Below, piece by piece: positions 34,865 to 48,410 of a stretch of 64,000 nt of DNA. The notes below the pieces were generated by a model, which worked only from the letters and a program-made list of their open reading frames with translations, had not been told where the DNA came from and searched no databases. The stretch is from positions 434,001 through 498,000 of the forward strand of contig JASTWF010000343.1 of NCBI GenBank assembly GCA_030390025.1, written 5' to 3'. The stretch comes from Squalus acanthias (taxonomy: Eukaryota). The position numbers and the translations under genes were made by a program. Numbering within the stretch: position 1 is the stretch's first letter; each line of letters starts with the position of its first letter.

Positions 34865-37252
34865 AAATTGGGTCGCCCGCCTCTGCCGGTCAGGTCGGAT
34901 CCACGCTGATAGACGCACCTGGGGGAAAGGTGCGAGGGAGCGGGATGACAGTGGGTTCCCGACCCGCTCCCAGAAATTACAACTTTCCCACCCGACCCGC
35001 CTCCGATCGCGCCCACGACCACCCCAGAAAATGAGTATTTCCAGCATTTTCTGTTTAAATTATTAGTAGCTAGTTGTCAGACATTTAAGAGTGGCATGAA
35101 CATTACCTTTTAAATTGAACTGGATGGCCACGTGATGCACGCTGCTCGGGAACCACGTCTGTCAACCTGAGGCAGGAGTTCAGTGGCCATTGCTCCAGCT
35201 GATTACTTGCCAGCATCAAATGTAACATAAAAACTCCCACCTGACAGATGATCACTTTCCTCAGCAGAAGCTGTTTCTCACTGCATTCCCAGCACAGGTT
35301 CTGCAGGTTACTGTCTTTCCAGCAAAGTCTCCATCCAGTGTCACCTCACCGGAAGAACCTCTCTCACCATTGACAGATTGCTTCTGTCATCTCTACTTCA
35401 CACGCCATCTATTCCATCAGCATGGGTGCCGTTTATACTGTCTAACCTTGGCCCTCAGAATCTGATCACGATGAGCCCCAACACCAGCAGCACCAGGCAC
35501 ACCAACAGCACCAACAACAACACCACCAACCTACTCCGCAATCACTTGATGCTGTAGAGGACAGAGCGCATCAACACCCGAGCACATTGCTGTCCGGCAG
35601 GCCAGGGCTGGCCTCACCATGGCCAGATTTACTTCACTTGACGCTGTACACCCTTACAGCTGCTACATGATGCTACAGGTTGGCACCCCCTCACAGCAAC
35701 ACCGTAAAGCATCCCTGCAATGACCAAGCCATTCCTTTCACACTCACCACCATTGCTGGAGGTACTGTTATGTCTCACCATTCACTGCATCTCATGAATC
35801 CACTTGCAAAGGTGCACACAGATCTGTCCAAGACCAGAAAGTGTTGAAAATATGAATTTTGATGTTTGACAGCACATTAACGGAAACTTTACATAAACAT
35901 TCGATAAAACACCCAAGTGGCTACCCTTGTGAATTATACTTGTGTACGAAAGACTGATACCTTGATGTTTTTAGTAATAACATGTATAAGTGTGAGTGTA
36001 GAATAGTGAACTTCACATTAACCCAATATCTATATTCAGTGTGATCTGTAATGACTTGTGCATAAATTGCTGAGGCTTGCTCAATATGTAACTGCAAAGA
36101 CAGCCAGGACTAGTCAAGACTATCTTTGATATCGGACCGTATCGCAGCTTATGAGGCCTTGTACTGCCTTTAACAGGGAAGCTAGAAATGAGAGAGATAA
36201 GGTAAATTCCAGTGGGGTGAAGAACTATAAACAAGATGACGATGAACAGGGTAAAGTTGTAGGAAAAATACTGGAAAGGCGGGGCCAAGATGCTAAACTT
36301 AGTCTCAGTGACAATGGTATTTTGACCATTAGAACCAATTAAAATAGGTGATTTTGTTAAAGACCATATAGGGCCAATGCCCAAACGAACTTTTGATAAG
36401 ATATGGGTTAAAACCTGAAAACTCGAAAAACAACTTTACACAGGCCGACTGCAAGAACAAAGGAACAGACTGAAGATGATGTCACCTGTGTCCGAGAGGT
36501 TCCAGAGACCTTGTGTGTTGTTATTTGGTATGATTGCACGAGGATGCGGGTGAGTGTGAGGGGTGACTGGTGAGATGGGAATGTGATGTTGTAAATAGAA
36601 AGAGAGGGGTGGGTGGGCGTGCAAGGTTTGTTGGTGTGAGTAAGAATGTGCAGGGGTAGGGTTGGGAAGGCAGAGTGATGGGGGTGTGATGAGAGGCACA
36701 GCAAGATGAAGGTGAGTGTGGCTTTGTACTCACGTTTCCTGATCTAATGAGATCATTGAAATGTTTCCGGCATTGCACCCAGGTCTTCCTGACAACATCC
36801 CTGCTGGTGACCCCCTCTGCAATCTCCAACCAGGCTGTTTTGGTGTCCTGGGGAGGTCTCTTCCATCCATTGGAAGAGGAGAGGACCACACTTGGTGCTT
36901 TGACTCACTTTATAATCATATGGAGGGAGCCATCGGACAACCTGGGAGCAGCCCTCTGCCTCTGTGCAGTCATTGTCAGTGTTTGCAGCACTCCAATACT
37001 GCAGTGCACCGACAGCACTATGTTACATTGACATTCAAATCCAACGTGGCCATGGCCGCTTTTCAGCTCCCGCTGAAAACGCGTCATCGATTACGTCAAC
37101 AGACCAGACCCGCATCATTTAATTGGACCGGGTAACGCACTGGGCGGGCTTAATAGGCCCTATTAACTTAAAGTCATTTTCAACAGCGGGGTCACAACCC
37201 GCCATTGCCATCGCCTGCACCGGACCTGCCCAGGTAGGCACAATTCCAGCCG
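34865..37252. mobile_element. PIF/Harbinger-like DNA transposon relic (Myb/SANT-like gene remnant on minus strand)
   Basis: RAAPRLSD (ORF 36905-37087) and AWLEIAEGVTS..RKTWVQCRKHFNDL (ORF 36521-36889) resemble a Myb/SANT-like domain; boundaries uncertain. Confidence 0.55.
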
Positions 37253-37254
37253 TG

Positions 37255-37715
37255 GTTTATACGGCCTTGAGGAGTCCATGGGCCATATGCATTTTCAGTG
37301 TGAGAGGTTGCAGCCTCTGTATCGTTACCTGAAGTGGCAGCTCCTCAACTTTTGATTACATTTTAGCCCCAGGCTCCTAATCTTTGGCCGCCTGGTGCAG
37401 AGTGGGGTAAGCGAGGCGGCAGATCTTCTCCTGGACCTGCTCTTGGGCTTGGCTGAATCAGCAATTTGTAGGTTCAGGGTAGGCCGGGCCCATGGGGTGC
37501 GAGGGTGTCTCTGGCTTCCAGCTCCTCTTCCGCGGTCTTGTCCGTGCCCAGGTGGCCCTGGAGAGGGAGCATGTGGTGTCCACCGTTACGTACGATACCT
37601 TCTGTGACCGCAGGGCACCGCAGGTCAGTGAGGTGATAATCGATCCTCACAATCACATTGTGATTTAATTATTGTTTGTGTGTGTGGCTGTATTGTACAT
37701 ACTTATTACTGGAAA
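37255..37715 (+). mobile_element. Tx1/L1-clade LINE ORF2 C-terminal fragment
   Basis: Translated remnants LHFSPRLLIFG..DLLLDLLLGLA..LFRGLVRAQVALEREH resemble the Tx1 ORF2 C-terminus. Confidence 0.65.
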
Positions 37716-37812
37716 AACAACAGAAAATGCTGGAAACACTCAGCAGGTCAGACAGGATCGAGGAGAGAGAAACAGAGTCAACGTTTCGGGTCGAGGGCCC
37801 TTCGTCAGAACT
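37716..37812 (-). mobile_element. Solo Penelope-like terminal repeat with degenerate hammerhead
   Basis: Minus strand AGTT-CTGACGA-A-GGGCC-CTC-GACCC-GAAA-CG-TT-GACT (37812-37776). Confidence 0.7.
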
Positions 37813-37949
37813 GTTACTGGACATTTGTGGTGTGCTGGGACACTTGCCTTAATGGTTTATGTCCCCGTCTGCTGACACTGGGGCAACTTAATGTCACCCC
37901 CCTACAGGTAGTGAACAACGGCCCAAACTGAAAATGTGAATGAACTCTT

Positions 37950-38520
37950 CACCAATTGGAGCGTTCAATGGCGGTGCATTTACCCAGGATCCGCCGCGCG
38001 GCAGAACGTTCCCTATCAATGACTACAGGAACCCAGTGCGCAGGCGCGGGGCCGGGGATGCGCAGTGCGAGTGATGACGCATGGGAGCAATGGCGGGTAA
38101 ACAACAACAACTACGAGTCAGAGAAGCAGCTCGAACAGTTCAGGTCGATGACCCTCGTCAGAGCATTTCCTGTTGTACTAATGGCCGAACAAGCGATTCG
38201 AGAGCCGGGAGGAGATTGTGGGGGCCCGGGAGGAATAGGCTCCGCGGCTGTATTGTGAAACTTATTACACACCCGGCGTAGCCCTCAGGCCCGGAATAAG
38301 ACCCGGCTGGCCCCGTGTTTGCGCCGCGGCGCCTGGCCCGGCCGCCGGAATCAACGGGGCGACTGTCCGCCACCTTGCTGAAGGCTTTCTCCGCGGCTAC
38401 AGGCCCGGGTTACACCGGCAACCGGCCGCCATCTTGGTGAAGGTAGGCGGGACTTGTCCCCGGCCGCCAACTTGGTCAGGGTAAGGGTCAGGGCGCATGC
38501 GCGGCCCTCTCCCAGAGCAG
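37950..38520 (+). promoter_or_regulatory. CpG-island promoter of the ZNF pseudogene at 39.3 kb
   Basis: TGCGCAGGCGC ~38036, GCCGCCATCTTG ~38425, GCGCATGCGC ~38493. Confidence 0.55.
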
Positions 38521-38534
38521 CTGCAGCAGAAGCA

Positions 38535-39052
38535 TTTTTTAATATTAGTTTATGGGATGTGGGCATCCCTGGCAAAAACCAGCATTTATTGCCCATCTCT
38601 AACTGTCCTTTATAAGGAGGTGGTGAGCCACCTTCTTGAACCGCTGCAGTCCGTGTGGTGAAGGTGCTCCCACAGTGCTGTTAATGAGGGAGTTGCAGGA
38701 TTTTGACCCAGTGACGATGAAGGATCGGCGATACACTTCCAAATCAGGATGGTGTGTGACTTGGAGGGGAACTTGGAGGTGATGGTGTTCCCATGCGCCT
38801 GCTGCCCTTGTCCTTCTAGGTGGAAGAGGTCGCGGATTTGGGAGGTGCTGCCGATGAAGCCTTGGCAAGTTGCTGCAGTGCATCTTGTAGATGGTACATG
38901 CCACGGTGCGCCGGTGGTGGAGGGAGTGAATGTTTAAGGTGGTGGATGGGGTGTCAGTCATGCAGGCTGCTTTGTCCTGGATGGTGTCGAGCTTCTTGAG
39001 TATTGTTGGAGCTGTACTCATCCAGGCAAGTGGAGAGTATTCCATCACACTC
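38535..39052 (-). mobile_element. Non-LTR retrotransposon (second LINE family), 3' fragment
   Basis: SVMEYSPLAW..LDTIQDKAA..SLHHRR in ORF 38599-39195, typical of a LINE ORF2 C-terminal region. Confidence 0.75.
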
Positions 39053-39289
39053 ATCGCATACAGGGTCTGTAGAAATGGAGCCAAGCAGAGCAGAGGGTGG
39101 GAGAGGGGCAAAGATATGATGCAATGGGTAAGGATTTCAGCACAGGGAGAGGGAGAGTGTGTGGGACAGGAATTTACAGCATTGGGGGGAAACAAAGGAG
39201 AGGAAAGATTGTTCCATAGAAAGTAGAATTGTCTGTTCTGAAAGTCTGTCCTGTACTTAGTGATGACTTTTGTAATCTCCTTTTTTCAC

Positions 39290-39990
39290 GGTATTGGAAG
39301 GGGAGGATTTTCAGACAAGAAACTCAACCAAACATCACGCCAAGATCTGACAGAGTCACTCGATTCATCAGGACCTGAATATCATCGGCCTTTGAATGTG
39401 GAGGGAGAAATCTTTCTCTGTTCTTGTGTGTGGGAAAGGATTTCAAACATCATGTGACTGGGAAAGCACCAAGACCCATTCACACTTGAGCGAGAGTGTT
39501 CCAGTGCACTGACTGGAGAGAGCTGTAACCATGTTACACAGCCTGAAAAAACTTCACACCATTCACAGCGGGGAGAAACCGTACACGTCTTCTGTGTGTG
39601 GACGAGGCTTCAACCGATCGTCCAACCAGGAGAGACAGATGGACCTTGGAGAAACCGTGCGAATGTGGGGACTGTGAGAAGGGATTCAGTTATCCGTCTG
39701 AGATGCAAATTCATCGGCGCAGTTACACTGGGGAGAGACTGTTCACCTGCTCCGTATGTGGGAAGGGATTCAGTCGGTCATCCATCCTGCTGAAACACCA
39801 GCGAGTTCACGCTGACGAGAGACTGTTCAGTCGCTTTCACTGTGGGAAGAGATTCAGTCATCCCACCTCATTGAACACCAGCATGTTCACACTGGAGAGA
39901 ATCCGTTCACCTGCTCCGTGTGTGCGAAGGGATTCACAAGGTCATTCAGTCTGCTGAAACACCAGCGAATTTACTCTGAAAGCAGGCCTT
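39290..39990 (+). pseudogene. C2H2 zinc-finger pseudogene (paralogue of A/C/D)
   Basis: Homologous to 16756-17450, but the acceptor AG is lost, there are several frameshifts, and TTG occupies the ATG/ACG position (LEKPCEC). Confidence 0.85.
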
Positions 39991-40192
39991 TTAAAAGTTC
40001 TTGTAAGTATTGCTATGTATAGATTATTAAATAGAATACACTGGTTGACATATACAATCATTTCAATATTAAGCGAGAATAACTGGGGATTAAGTTAGTT
40101 TAAAACACACTCCAGATAGAGACACATCTGCTGCCAAGCAGGGGTGAGTGTGAAGATTGAATTTAATGCCAGCAGGGTGTCTGGATGACTGT

Positions 40193-43100
40193 CATAGAGT
40201 TATACAGCATGGATAGAGGCCCTTCGGCCCATCGTGTCCGTGCCGGCCATCAAGCCCTGTCTAATCTAATCCCATATTCCAGCATTTGGTCCGTAGCCTT
40301 GTATGCTATGGCATTTCAAGTGCTCATCCAAATGCTTCTTGAATGTTGAGGGTTCCTGCCTCCACAACCCTTTCAGGCAGTGAGTTCCAGACTCCAACCA
40401 CCCTCTGGGTGAAAAAGTTGTTTCTGAAATCCCTTCTAAACCTCCCGCCCTTTACCTTGAATCTATGCCCCCTTGTTATAGACCCCTCTACTAAGGGAAA
40501 AAGCTGCTTAGTATCCATCCTATCTATGCCCCTCATAATTTTGTACACCTCAATCATGTCCCCCCTCAGCCTCCTCTGCTCCAAGGAAAACAAACCCAAT
40601 CTGCCCAGTCTCTCTTCATAGCTGAAGCACTCCAGCCCAGGTAACATCCTGGTGAATCTCCTCTGCACCCTCTCCAATGCAATCACATCCTTCCTGTAGT
40701 GTGGCGACCATAACTGCACACAGTATTCCAGCTGTGGCCTAACTAGCGTTTTGTACAGCTCCATCATAACCTCCTTGCTCTTCTATTCTATGCCTCGGCT
40801 AATGAATGCAAGTATCCCATATGCCTTTTTTACCACCTTATCCACCTGTTCCGCCGCCTTCAGGGATCTGTGTACTTGCACACCAAGATCCCTCTGACCC
40901 TCCGTCTTGCCTAGGGTCTTACCATTCATTGTGTATTCCCTTGCCTTGTTAGTCCCTCCAAAGTGCATCACCTCGCACTTTTCCGGATTAAATTCCATTT
41001 GCCACTGTTCTGCCCATCTGACCAACCCATCTATATCGTCCTGCAGACTGAGGCTACCCTCCTCGCTATTTACCACCTTACCAATTTTTGTATCATCCGC
41101 GAACTTACTGATCATACCTTTTACATTCATATCCAAGTCGTTAATGTAGAGCACAAACAGCAAGGGACCCAGCACCGATCCCTGTGGTACCCCACTGGCC
41201 ACAGGTTTCCAGTCACAAAAACAACCTTCGACCATCACCCTCTGCCTTCTGCCACTGAGCCAGTTTTGTATCCAATGTGCCAAGGCACCCTGGATTCCAT
41301 GGGCTCTTACCTTCTTGACCAGTCTCCTGTGCGGGACTTTATCGAAGGCCTTACTGAAATCCATGTATACCACATCCACTGCGTTACCCTCATCCACACA
41401 CCTAGTCACCCCCTCAAAAAATTCAATCAAATTAGTCAGACATGATTTTCCCTTGACAAAGCCATGTTGGCTAACCCTGATTAATCCTTGCCTCTCCAAG
41501 TGGAGACTGATTTTGTCCCTCAGAATTTTTCCAATAATTTTCCTACCACTGATGTTAGGCTCACTGGCCTGTAGTTCCCCGGTTTTTCCCTACTCCCTTT
41601 CTTGAATAATGGTACTACATTAGCGGTTCTCCAGTCCTCTGGCACATCCCCTGTGGCCAGAGAGGTTCTGAATATGTGTGTTAGAGCTCCCGCAATCTCC
41701 TCCTTTGCCTCACACAGCAACCTGGGATACATTTCATCCGGACCTGGGGATTTATCCATTTTTAGACCTGCTAAAACCGCCAATACCTCCTCCCTCTCGA
41801 TGTTAAAATGTTCGAGTATATCACAGTCCCCCTGCCCTAATTTTACGTCCGCATCGTCCTTCTCCATAGTGAAAACAGATGCAAAAAATTCATTTAGAAC
41901 TCCACCTACATCTTCCGGCTCCACACACAGATTGCCACTTTTGTCCCTAATGGGCCCTATTTTTTCCCTAGTTATCCTCTTACCCTTAATATACTTATAA
42001 AACATCTTAGGATTTTCCTTTATTTTGCTCGCCAGTGTTATTTCATGGCCCCTCTTTGATCTCCTAATTTCTTTTTTAAGTATCCCCCTGCACTTTTTGT
42101 ACTCCTCTAGTGCTTCCTCCGTCTTTAGCATTTTGTATCTGCCAAAAGCCCTCTTTTTTCCTGATCCATTCTCGTATATCCCCTGACATCCAAGGTTCCC
42201 TGCGGTTTTTGGAACCACCCTTGACCTTTACGGGAACATGCTGCCATTGTATGATCTCAATCTCCCTTCTGAAAGAATCCCATTGCTCCGATGCGGATTT
42301 TCCTACAAGCAGCTGATCCCAGTCCCTTTTGGCCAGATCCTGCCTTATCCTATTAAAATTGGCCTTCCCCCAAGTTAGAACCTTTATTTCTGGCCCATCC
42401 CTGTCCTTTTCCATGAGCACCTTAAATCTCACCGTATTATGGTCACTGTCACCAAAGTGCTCACCTACTAGCACTTCTTCCACTTGGCCGGCCACATTCC
42501 CTAGAATTAGGTCCAGTACCGCCCCCTCTCTGGTAGGACTTTCTACATGCTGGCTCAAAAAGCTCTCCTGGATGCACTTTAAGAATTTTGAACCCTCTAA
42601 GCCTTTCACACTCTGACTATCCCAGTTAATATTGGGGAAGTTGAAATCCCCCATTATTATTACCCTATTATTTGCACATTTCTCTGAAAGTTGCCTACAT
42701 ATCTGTTCCTCTATCTCCCCCTGACTGTTTGGGGGCCTATAGTACGCTCCCAGCAAAGTGCTTGCCCCCTTTTTGTTTTTAAGCTCCACCCATATAGCCT
42801 CATTGGAGGAACCTGCTAATATATCATCCCTCCTTATGGCAGTAATTGATTCCTTAATTAATATTGCGACACCCCCTCCTCTTATACCTTCCCCCTCTGT
42901 CTCTCCTGAAGATTCTGTACCCCGGAATATTGAGCTGCCAGTCTTGCCCCTCCCTCAACCATGTCTCCGTGATAGCAACAATATCATACTCCCATGTGTT
43001 TATCAACACCTTCAGTTCATCCACCTTATTCGCTAGACTCCTTGCATTAAATTAGATGCCTTCCAGCCTTGCTCTTACATGTTTGCCCTGTCTTCCAAGC

Positions 43101-43270
43101 TGACTTGTTTTTTTCTCTATATTTGACTGGACATCACCCCCTATTGCAGCTCCACTCTGTATCCCATCCCCCTGCCAAGTTAGTTTAAACCCCCCCCCCC
43201 CCAACAGTGCTAGCAAACCTCCCCGCAAGGATATTTTTCCCGCTCTGGTTCAGGTGCAAACCGTCCGACT
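40193..43270 (-). mobile_element. CR1 LINE, near-complete ORF2 (APE + RT) with frameshifts
   Basis: ORFs 42076-42789, 41520-42218, 40783-41499 and 40324-40767 carry APE and RT motifs in order; tail at ~40195. Confidence 0.95.
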
Positions 43271-43423
43271 GCTGGGGAGTGTGGACAGAGAATCAGTCCC
43301 TTTTGTAAAGGACATTGGAAGCTGTGAGGGTTTGAAGGTTACAGAAGCAGGTCATGAACACACCTGTGTTGGAGTGTAAAGAACAAACTGATAGAGATTA
43401 ATGGGCAAGCACAACGAATGATA

Positions 43424-43560
43424 ACAGCTCACCTCCCCACTAAACCAGCAGCTCACCTCCCTACTAAACCAGCAGCTCCCTGGCCCACGAAACCAGCAGC
43501 TCACTGGCCCATGAAGCCAGCAGCTTATCTCCCCACTAAACCAGCAGCTCGCCTCCCCAG
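43424..43560. repeat. 24-bp tandem repeat (~5.5 copies)
   Basis: Unit CAGCAGCTCACCTCCCCACTAAAC. Confidence 0.85.
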
Positions 43561-43599
43561 TGAATCACAGCTTTACTATGAGGGCTGTGGGCTATTTCT

Positions 43600-46500
43600 G
43601 TGTGTTACAGTGAGGGGTATATCAGTGTTACAGTGAGGGGTATATCAGTGTTACAGTGAGGGGTGTCGAGTATATCAGAATGCTACAGTGAGGGGTGTGG
43701 GGTATATCAATGTTACAGTGAGGGGTGTGGGGTATATCAGTGTTACAGTGAGGGGTGTGGGGTATATCAGTGTTACAGTGAGGGGTGTGGGGTAGATCAG
43801 AATGTTACAGTGCGGGTTGTGGGGTATATCAGTGCTACAGTGAGGGGTGTGGGGTATATCAGTGTTACAGTGAGCGGTGTGGGGTACATCAGTGTTACAG
43901 TGAGGGGTGAGGGGTATAACAGTGTTACAGTGAGGGGTGTTGGGTAGATCAGAGTGTTACAGTGAGGGGTGTGGAGTATATCAGTGTTACAGTGAGGGGT
44001 GTGGGTATATCAGTGTTACAGTGAGGGGTGTGGGGTATTTCAGTGTTACAGTGAGGGGTGTTGGGTAGATCAGTGTTACAGTGAGGGGTGTGGGGTATAT
44101 CAGTGTTACAGTGAGGGGTATGGGGTATATCAGTGTTACAGTGAGGGGTGTGGGGTATATCAGTGTTACAGTGAGGGGTGTGGGTTATATCAGTGTTACA
44201 GTGAGGGGTGAGGGGTATATCAGTGTTAATTTGAGGGGTGTGGGGTATATCAGTGTTACAGTTTGGGGTGTGGGGTATATCAGTGTTACAGTGAGGTGCG
44301 TGGGATATATCAGTGTTACAGTGAGGGGTGTGAGGTATATCAGTGCTACAGTGAGGGGTGTGGGGTATATCAGTGTTACAGTGAGGGGTGTGGGGTATAT
44401 CAGTGTTACAGTGAGGTGTGTGGGGTATATCAGTGCTACAGTGCGGGGTGTGGGGTATTTCAGTGTTACAGTGTGGGGTATATCAGTGTTACAGTGAGGG
44501 TTGAGGGGTATATCATTGTATTACAGTGAGGGGTGTGGGGTATATCAGTGTTACAGTGTGGGGTGAGGGGTATATCATTGTGTTACAGTGAGGGGTGTGG
44601 GGTATATCAGTGTTACAGTGTGGGGTATATCAGTGTTACAGTGAGGGGTGTGGGGTATATCAGAGGGGTGTGGGGTATATCAGTGTTACAGTGAGGGGTG
44701 TGGGGTATATCAGTGTTACAGTGAGGTGTGTGGGGTGTATCAGTGTTAGAGTGAGTGGTGTGGGGTATATCAGTGTTTCAGTGAGGGGTGTGGGGTATAT
44801 CAGTGTGGGGTGTGGGGTATATCAGTGTTACAGTGAGGGGTGTGGGGTATTTCAGTGTTACAGTGTGGGGTGTGGGGTGTATCAGTGGTCCAGTGAGGGG
44901 TGTGGGGTATATCAGTGTTTCAGTGAGGGGTGTGGGGTATATCAGTGTGGGGTGTGGGGTATATCAGTGTTACAGTGAGGGGTGTGGGGTATATCAGTGT
45001 TTCAGTGAGGGGTGTGGGGTGTATCAGGGTTACAGTGAGGGGTGTGGGGTATATCAGTGTGGGGTGTGGGGTATATCAGTGTTACAGTGAGTGGTGTCGT
45101 GTATATCAGTGTTACAGTGAGGGGTGTGGGGTATATCAGTGTTACAGTGAGGGGTGTGGGGTATATCAGTGAGGGGTGTGGGGTATATCAGTGTTACAGT
45201 GAGGGGTGTGTGGTATATCAGTGTTACAGTGAGGGGTGTGGGGTATATCAGTGTTACAGTGAGGGGTATATCCGTGTTAGTGAGGGGTATATCAGTGTTA
45301 CAGTGAGGGGTGTGGGGTATATCTTTGTTACAGTCAGGGGTGTTGGATTTATCAGTGTTACAGTGAGGGGTGTGGGGTATATCAGAATGTTACAGTGAGG
45401 GGTGTGGGGTATATCAGTGTTACAGTGAGGGGTGTGGGATTTATCAGAATGTTACAGAGAGGGGTGTGGGGTATATCAGTGTTACAGTGAGGGGTGTGGG
45501 GTATATCAGTGTTACAGTGTGGGGTATATCAGTGTTACAGTGAGGGGTGTGGGGTATATCAGTGTGTTACAGTGAGGGGTGTGGGGTATATCAGTGTGTT
45601 ACAGTGAGGGGTGTGGGGTATATCAGTGTTACAGTGAGGGGTGTGGGGTATATCAGTGTTACAGTGTGGGGTGTAGGGTATATCAGTGTTACAGTGAGGG
45701 GTGTGGGGTATATCAGTGCTACAGTGAGGGGTGTGAGGTATATCAGTGTTACAGTGAGCGGTGTGGGGTATATCAGTGTTACAGTGAGGGGTGTCGAGTA
45801 TATCAGAATGCTACAGTGAGGGGTGTGGGGTATATCAATGTTACAGTGAGGGGTGTGGGGTATATCAGTGTTACAGTGTGGGGTGAGGGGTATATCATTG
45901 TGTTACAGTGAGGGGTGTGGGGTATATCAGTGTTACAGTGTGGGGTATATCAGTGTTACAGTGAGGGGTGTGGGGTATATCAGAGGGGTGTGGGGTATAT
46001 CAGTGTTACAGTGAGGGGTGTGGGGTATATCAGTGTTACAGTGAGGTGTGTGGGGTGTATCAGTGTTAGAGTGAGTGGTGTGGGGTATATCAGTGTTTCA
46101 GTGAGGGGTGTGGGGTATATCAGTGTGGGGTGTGGGGTATATCAGTGTTACAGTGAGGGGTGTGGGGTATTTCAGTGTTACAGTGTGGGGTGTGGGGTGT
46201 ATCAGTGGTCCAGTGAGGGGTGTGGGGTATATCAGTGTTTCAGTGAGGGGTGTGGGGTATATCAGTGTGGGGTGTGGGGTATATCAGTGTTACAGTGAGG
46301 GGTGTGGGGTATATCAGTGTTTCAGTGAGGGGTGTGGGGTGTATCAGGGTTACAGTGAGGGGTGTGGGGTATATCAGTGTGGGGTGTGGGGTATATCAGT
46401 GTTACAGTGAGTGGTGTCGTGTATATCAGTGTTACAGTGAGGGGTGTGGGGTATATCAGTGTTACAGTGAGGGGTGTGGGGTATATCAGTGAGGGTTGTG

Positions 46501-48410
46501 GGGTATATCAGTGTTACAGTGAGGGGTGTGTGGTATATCAGTGTTACAGTGAGGGGTGTGGGGTATATCAGTGTTACAGTGAGGGGTATATCCGTGTTAG
46601 TGAGGGGTATATCAGTGTTACAGTGAGGGGTGTGGGGTATATCTTTGTTACAGTCAGGGGTGTTGGATTAATCAGTGTTACAGTGAGGGGTGTGGGGTAT
46701 ATCAGAATGTTACAGTGAGGGGTGTGGGGTATATCAGTGTTACAGTGAGGGGTGTGGGATTTATCAGAATGTTACAGAGAGGGGTGTGGGGTATATCAGT
46801 GTTACAGTGAGGGGTGTGGGGTATATCAGTGTTACAGTGTGGGGTATATCAGTGTTACAGTGAGGGGTGTGGGGTATATCAGTGTGTTACAGTGAGGGGT
46901 GTGGGGTATATCAGTGTGTTACAGTGAGGGGTGTGGGGTATATCAGTGTTACAGTGAGGGGTGTGGGGTATATCAGTGTTACAGTGTGGGGTGTAGGGTA
47001 TATCAGTGTTACAGTGAGGGGTGTGGGGTATATCAGTGCTACAGTGAGGGGTGTGAGGTATATCAGTGTTACAGTGAGCGGTGTGGGGTATATCAGTGTG
47101 GGGTGTGGGGTGTATCAGTGAAGGGTGTGGGGTGTATCTGTGTTACAGTGAGGGGTGTGGGGTATATCAGTGTTACAGTGAGGGGTGTGGGGTGTATCAG
47201 TGTTACAGTGAGGGGTGTGGGGTACATCAGTGTGGGGTGTGGGGTATATCAGTGTTACAGTGAGTTGTGTGGGATATATCAGTGTTACAGTGAGGGGTGT
47301 GGGGTATATCAGTGAGGGGTGTGGGGTATGTCAGTGTTACAGTGAGAGGTGTGGTGTATATCAGTGTTACAGTGAGGGCTGTGGGGTATATCAGTGCTAC
47401 AGTGTGGGGTGTGGGGCATATCAGTGTTACAGTGAGGGGTGTGGGGTATATCAGTGTTACAGTGAGGGTTGTGGGGTATGTCAGTGTTACAGTGAGGGGT
47501 GTGGGGTATTTCAGTGTTACAGTGAGAGGTGTGGGGTATATCAGTGTTACAGTGAGGGGTGTGGGGTATATCAGTGTTACAGTGAGGGGTGTGGGGTATA
47601 TCTGTGTTACAGTTTGGGGTGTGGGGTATATCAGTGTTACAGTGAGGTGCGTGGGATATATCAGTGTTACAGTGAGGGGTGTGAGGTATATCAGTGTTAC
47701 AGTGTGGGGTGTAGGGTATATCAGTGTTACAGTGAGGGGTGTGGGGTATATCAGTGCTACAGTGAGGGGTGTGAGTTATATCAGTGTTACAGTGAGCGGT
47801 GTGGGGTATATCAGTGTGGGGTGTGGGGTGTATCAGTGAAGGGTGTGGGGTGTATCTGTGTTACAGTGAGGGGTGTGGGGTATATCAGTGTTACAGTGAG
47901 GGGTGTGGGGTGTATCAGTGTTACAGTGAGGGGTGTGGGGTACATCAGTGTGGGGTGTGGGGTATATCAGTGTTACAGTGAGTTGTGTGGGGTATATCAG
48001 TGTTACAGTGAGGGGTGTGGGGTATATCAGTGAGGGGTGTGGGGTATGTCAGTGTTACAGTGAGAGGTGTGGTGTATATCAGTGTTACAGTGAGGGCTGT
48101 GGGGTATATCAGTGTTACAGTGTGGGGTGTGGGGCATATCAGTGTTACAGTGAGGGGTGTGGGGTATATCAGTGTTACAGTGAGGGTTGTGGGGTATGTC
48201 AGTGTTACAGTGAGGGGTGTGGGGTATTTCAGTGTTACAGTGAGAGGTGTGGGGTATATCAGTGTTACAGTGAGGGGTGTGGGGTATATCAGTGTTACAG
48301 TGAGGGGTGTGGGGTATATCTGTGTTACAGTGAGGGGTGTGGGATATATCAGTGTTAGTGAGGGGTGTGGGGTATATCAGTGTTCCAGTGAGGGGTGTGG
48401 GGTATATTTG
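43600..48410 (+). repeat. 30-bp G-rich minisatellite array (~4.8 kb) with higher-order duplications
   Basis: Unit CAGTGTTACAGTGAGGGGTGTGGGGTATAT; internal duplications at offsets 1320 and 718. Confidence 0.97.

Noticed and set aside
35960..36480. Possible LTR-element/integrase remnant (LKIGDFVK-like string)
   Set aside because: Too short and stop-ridden; no catalytic motifs or LTRs could be supported.
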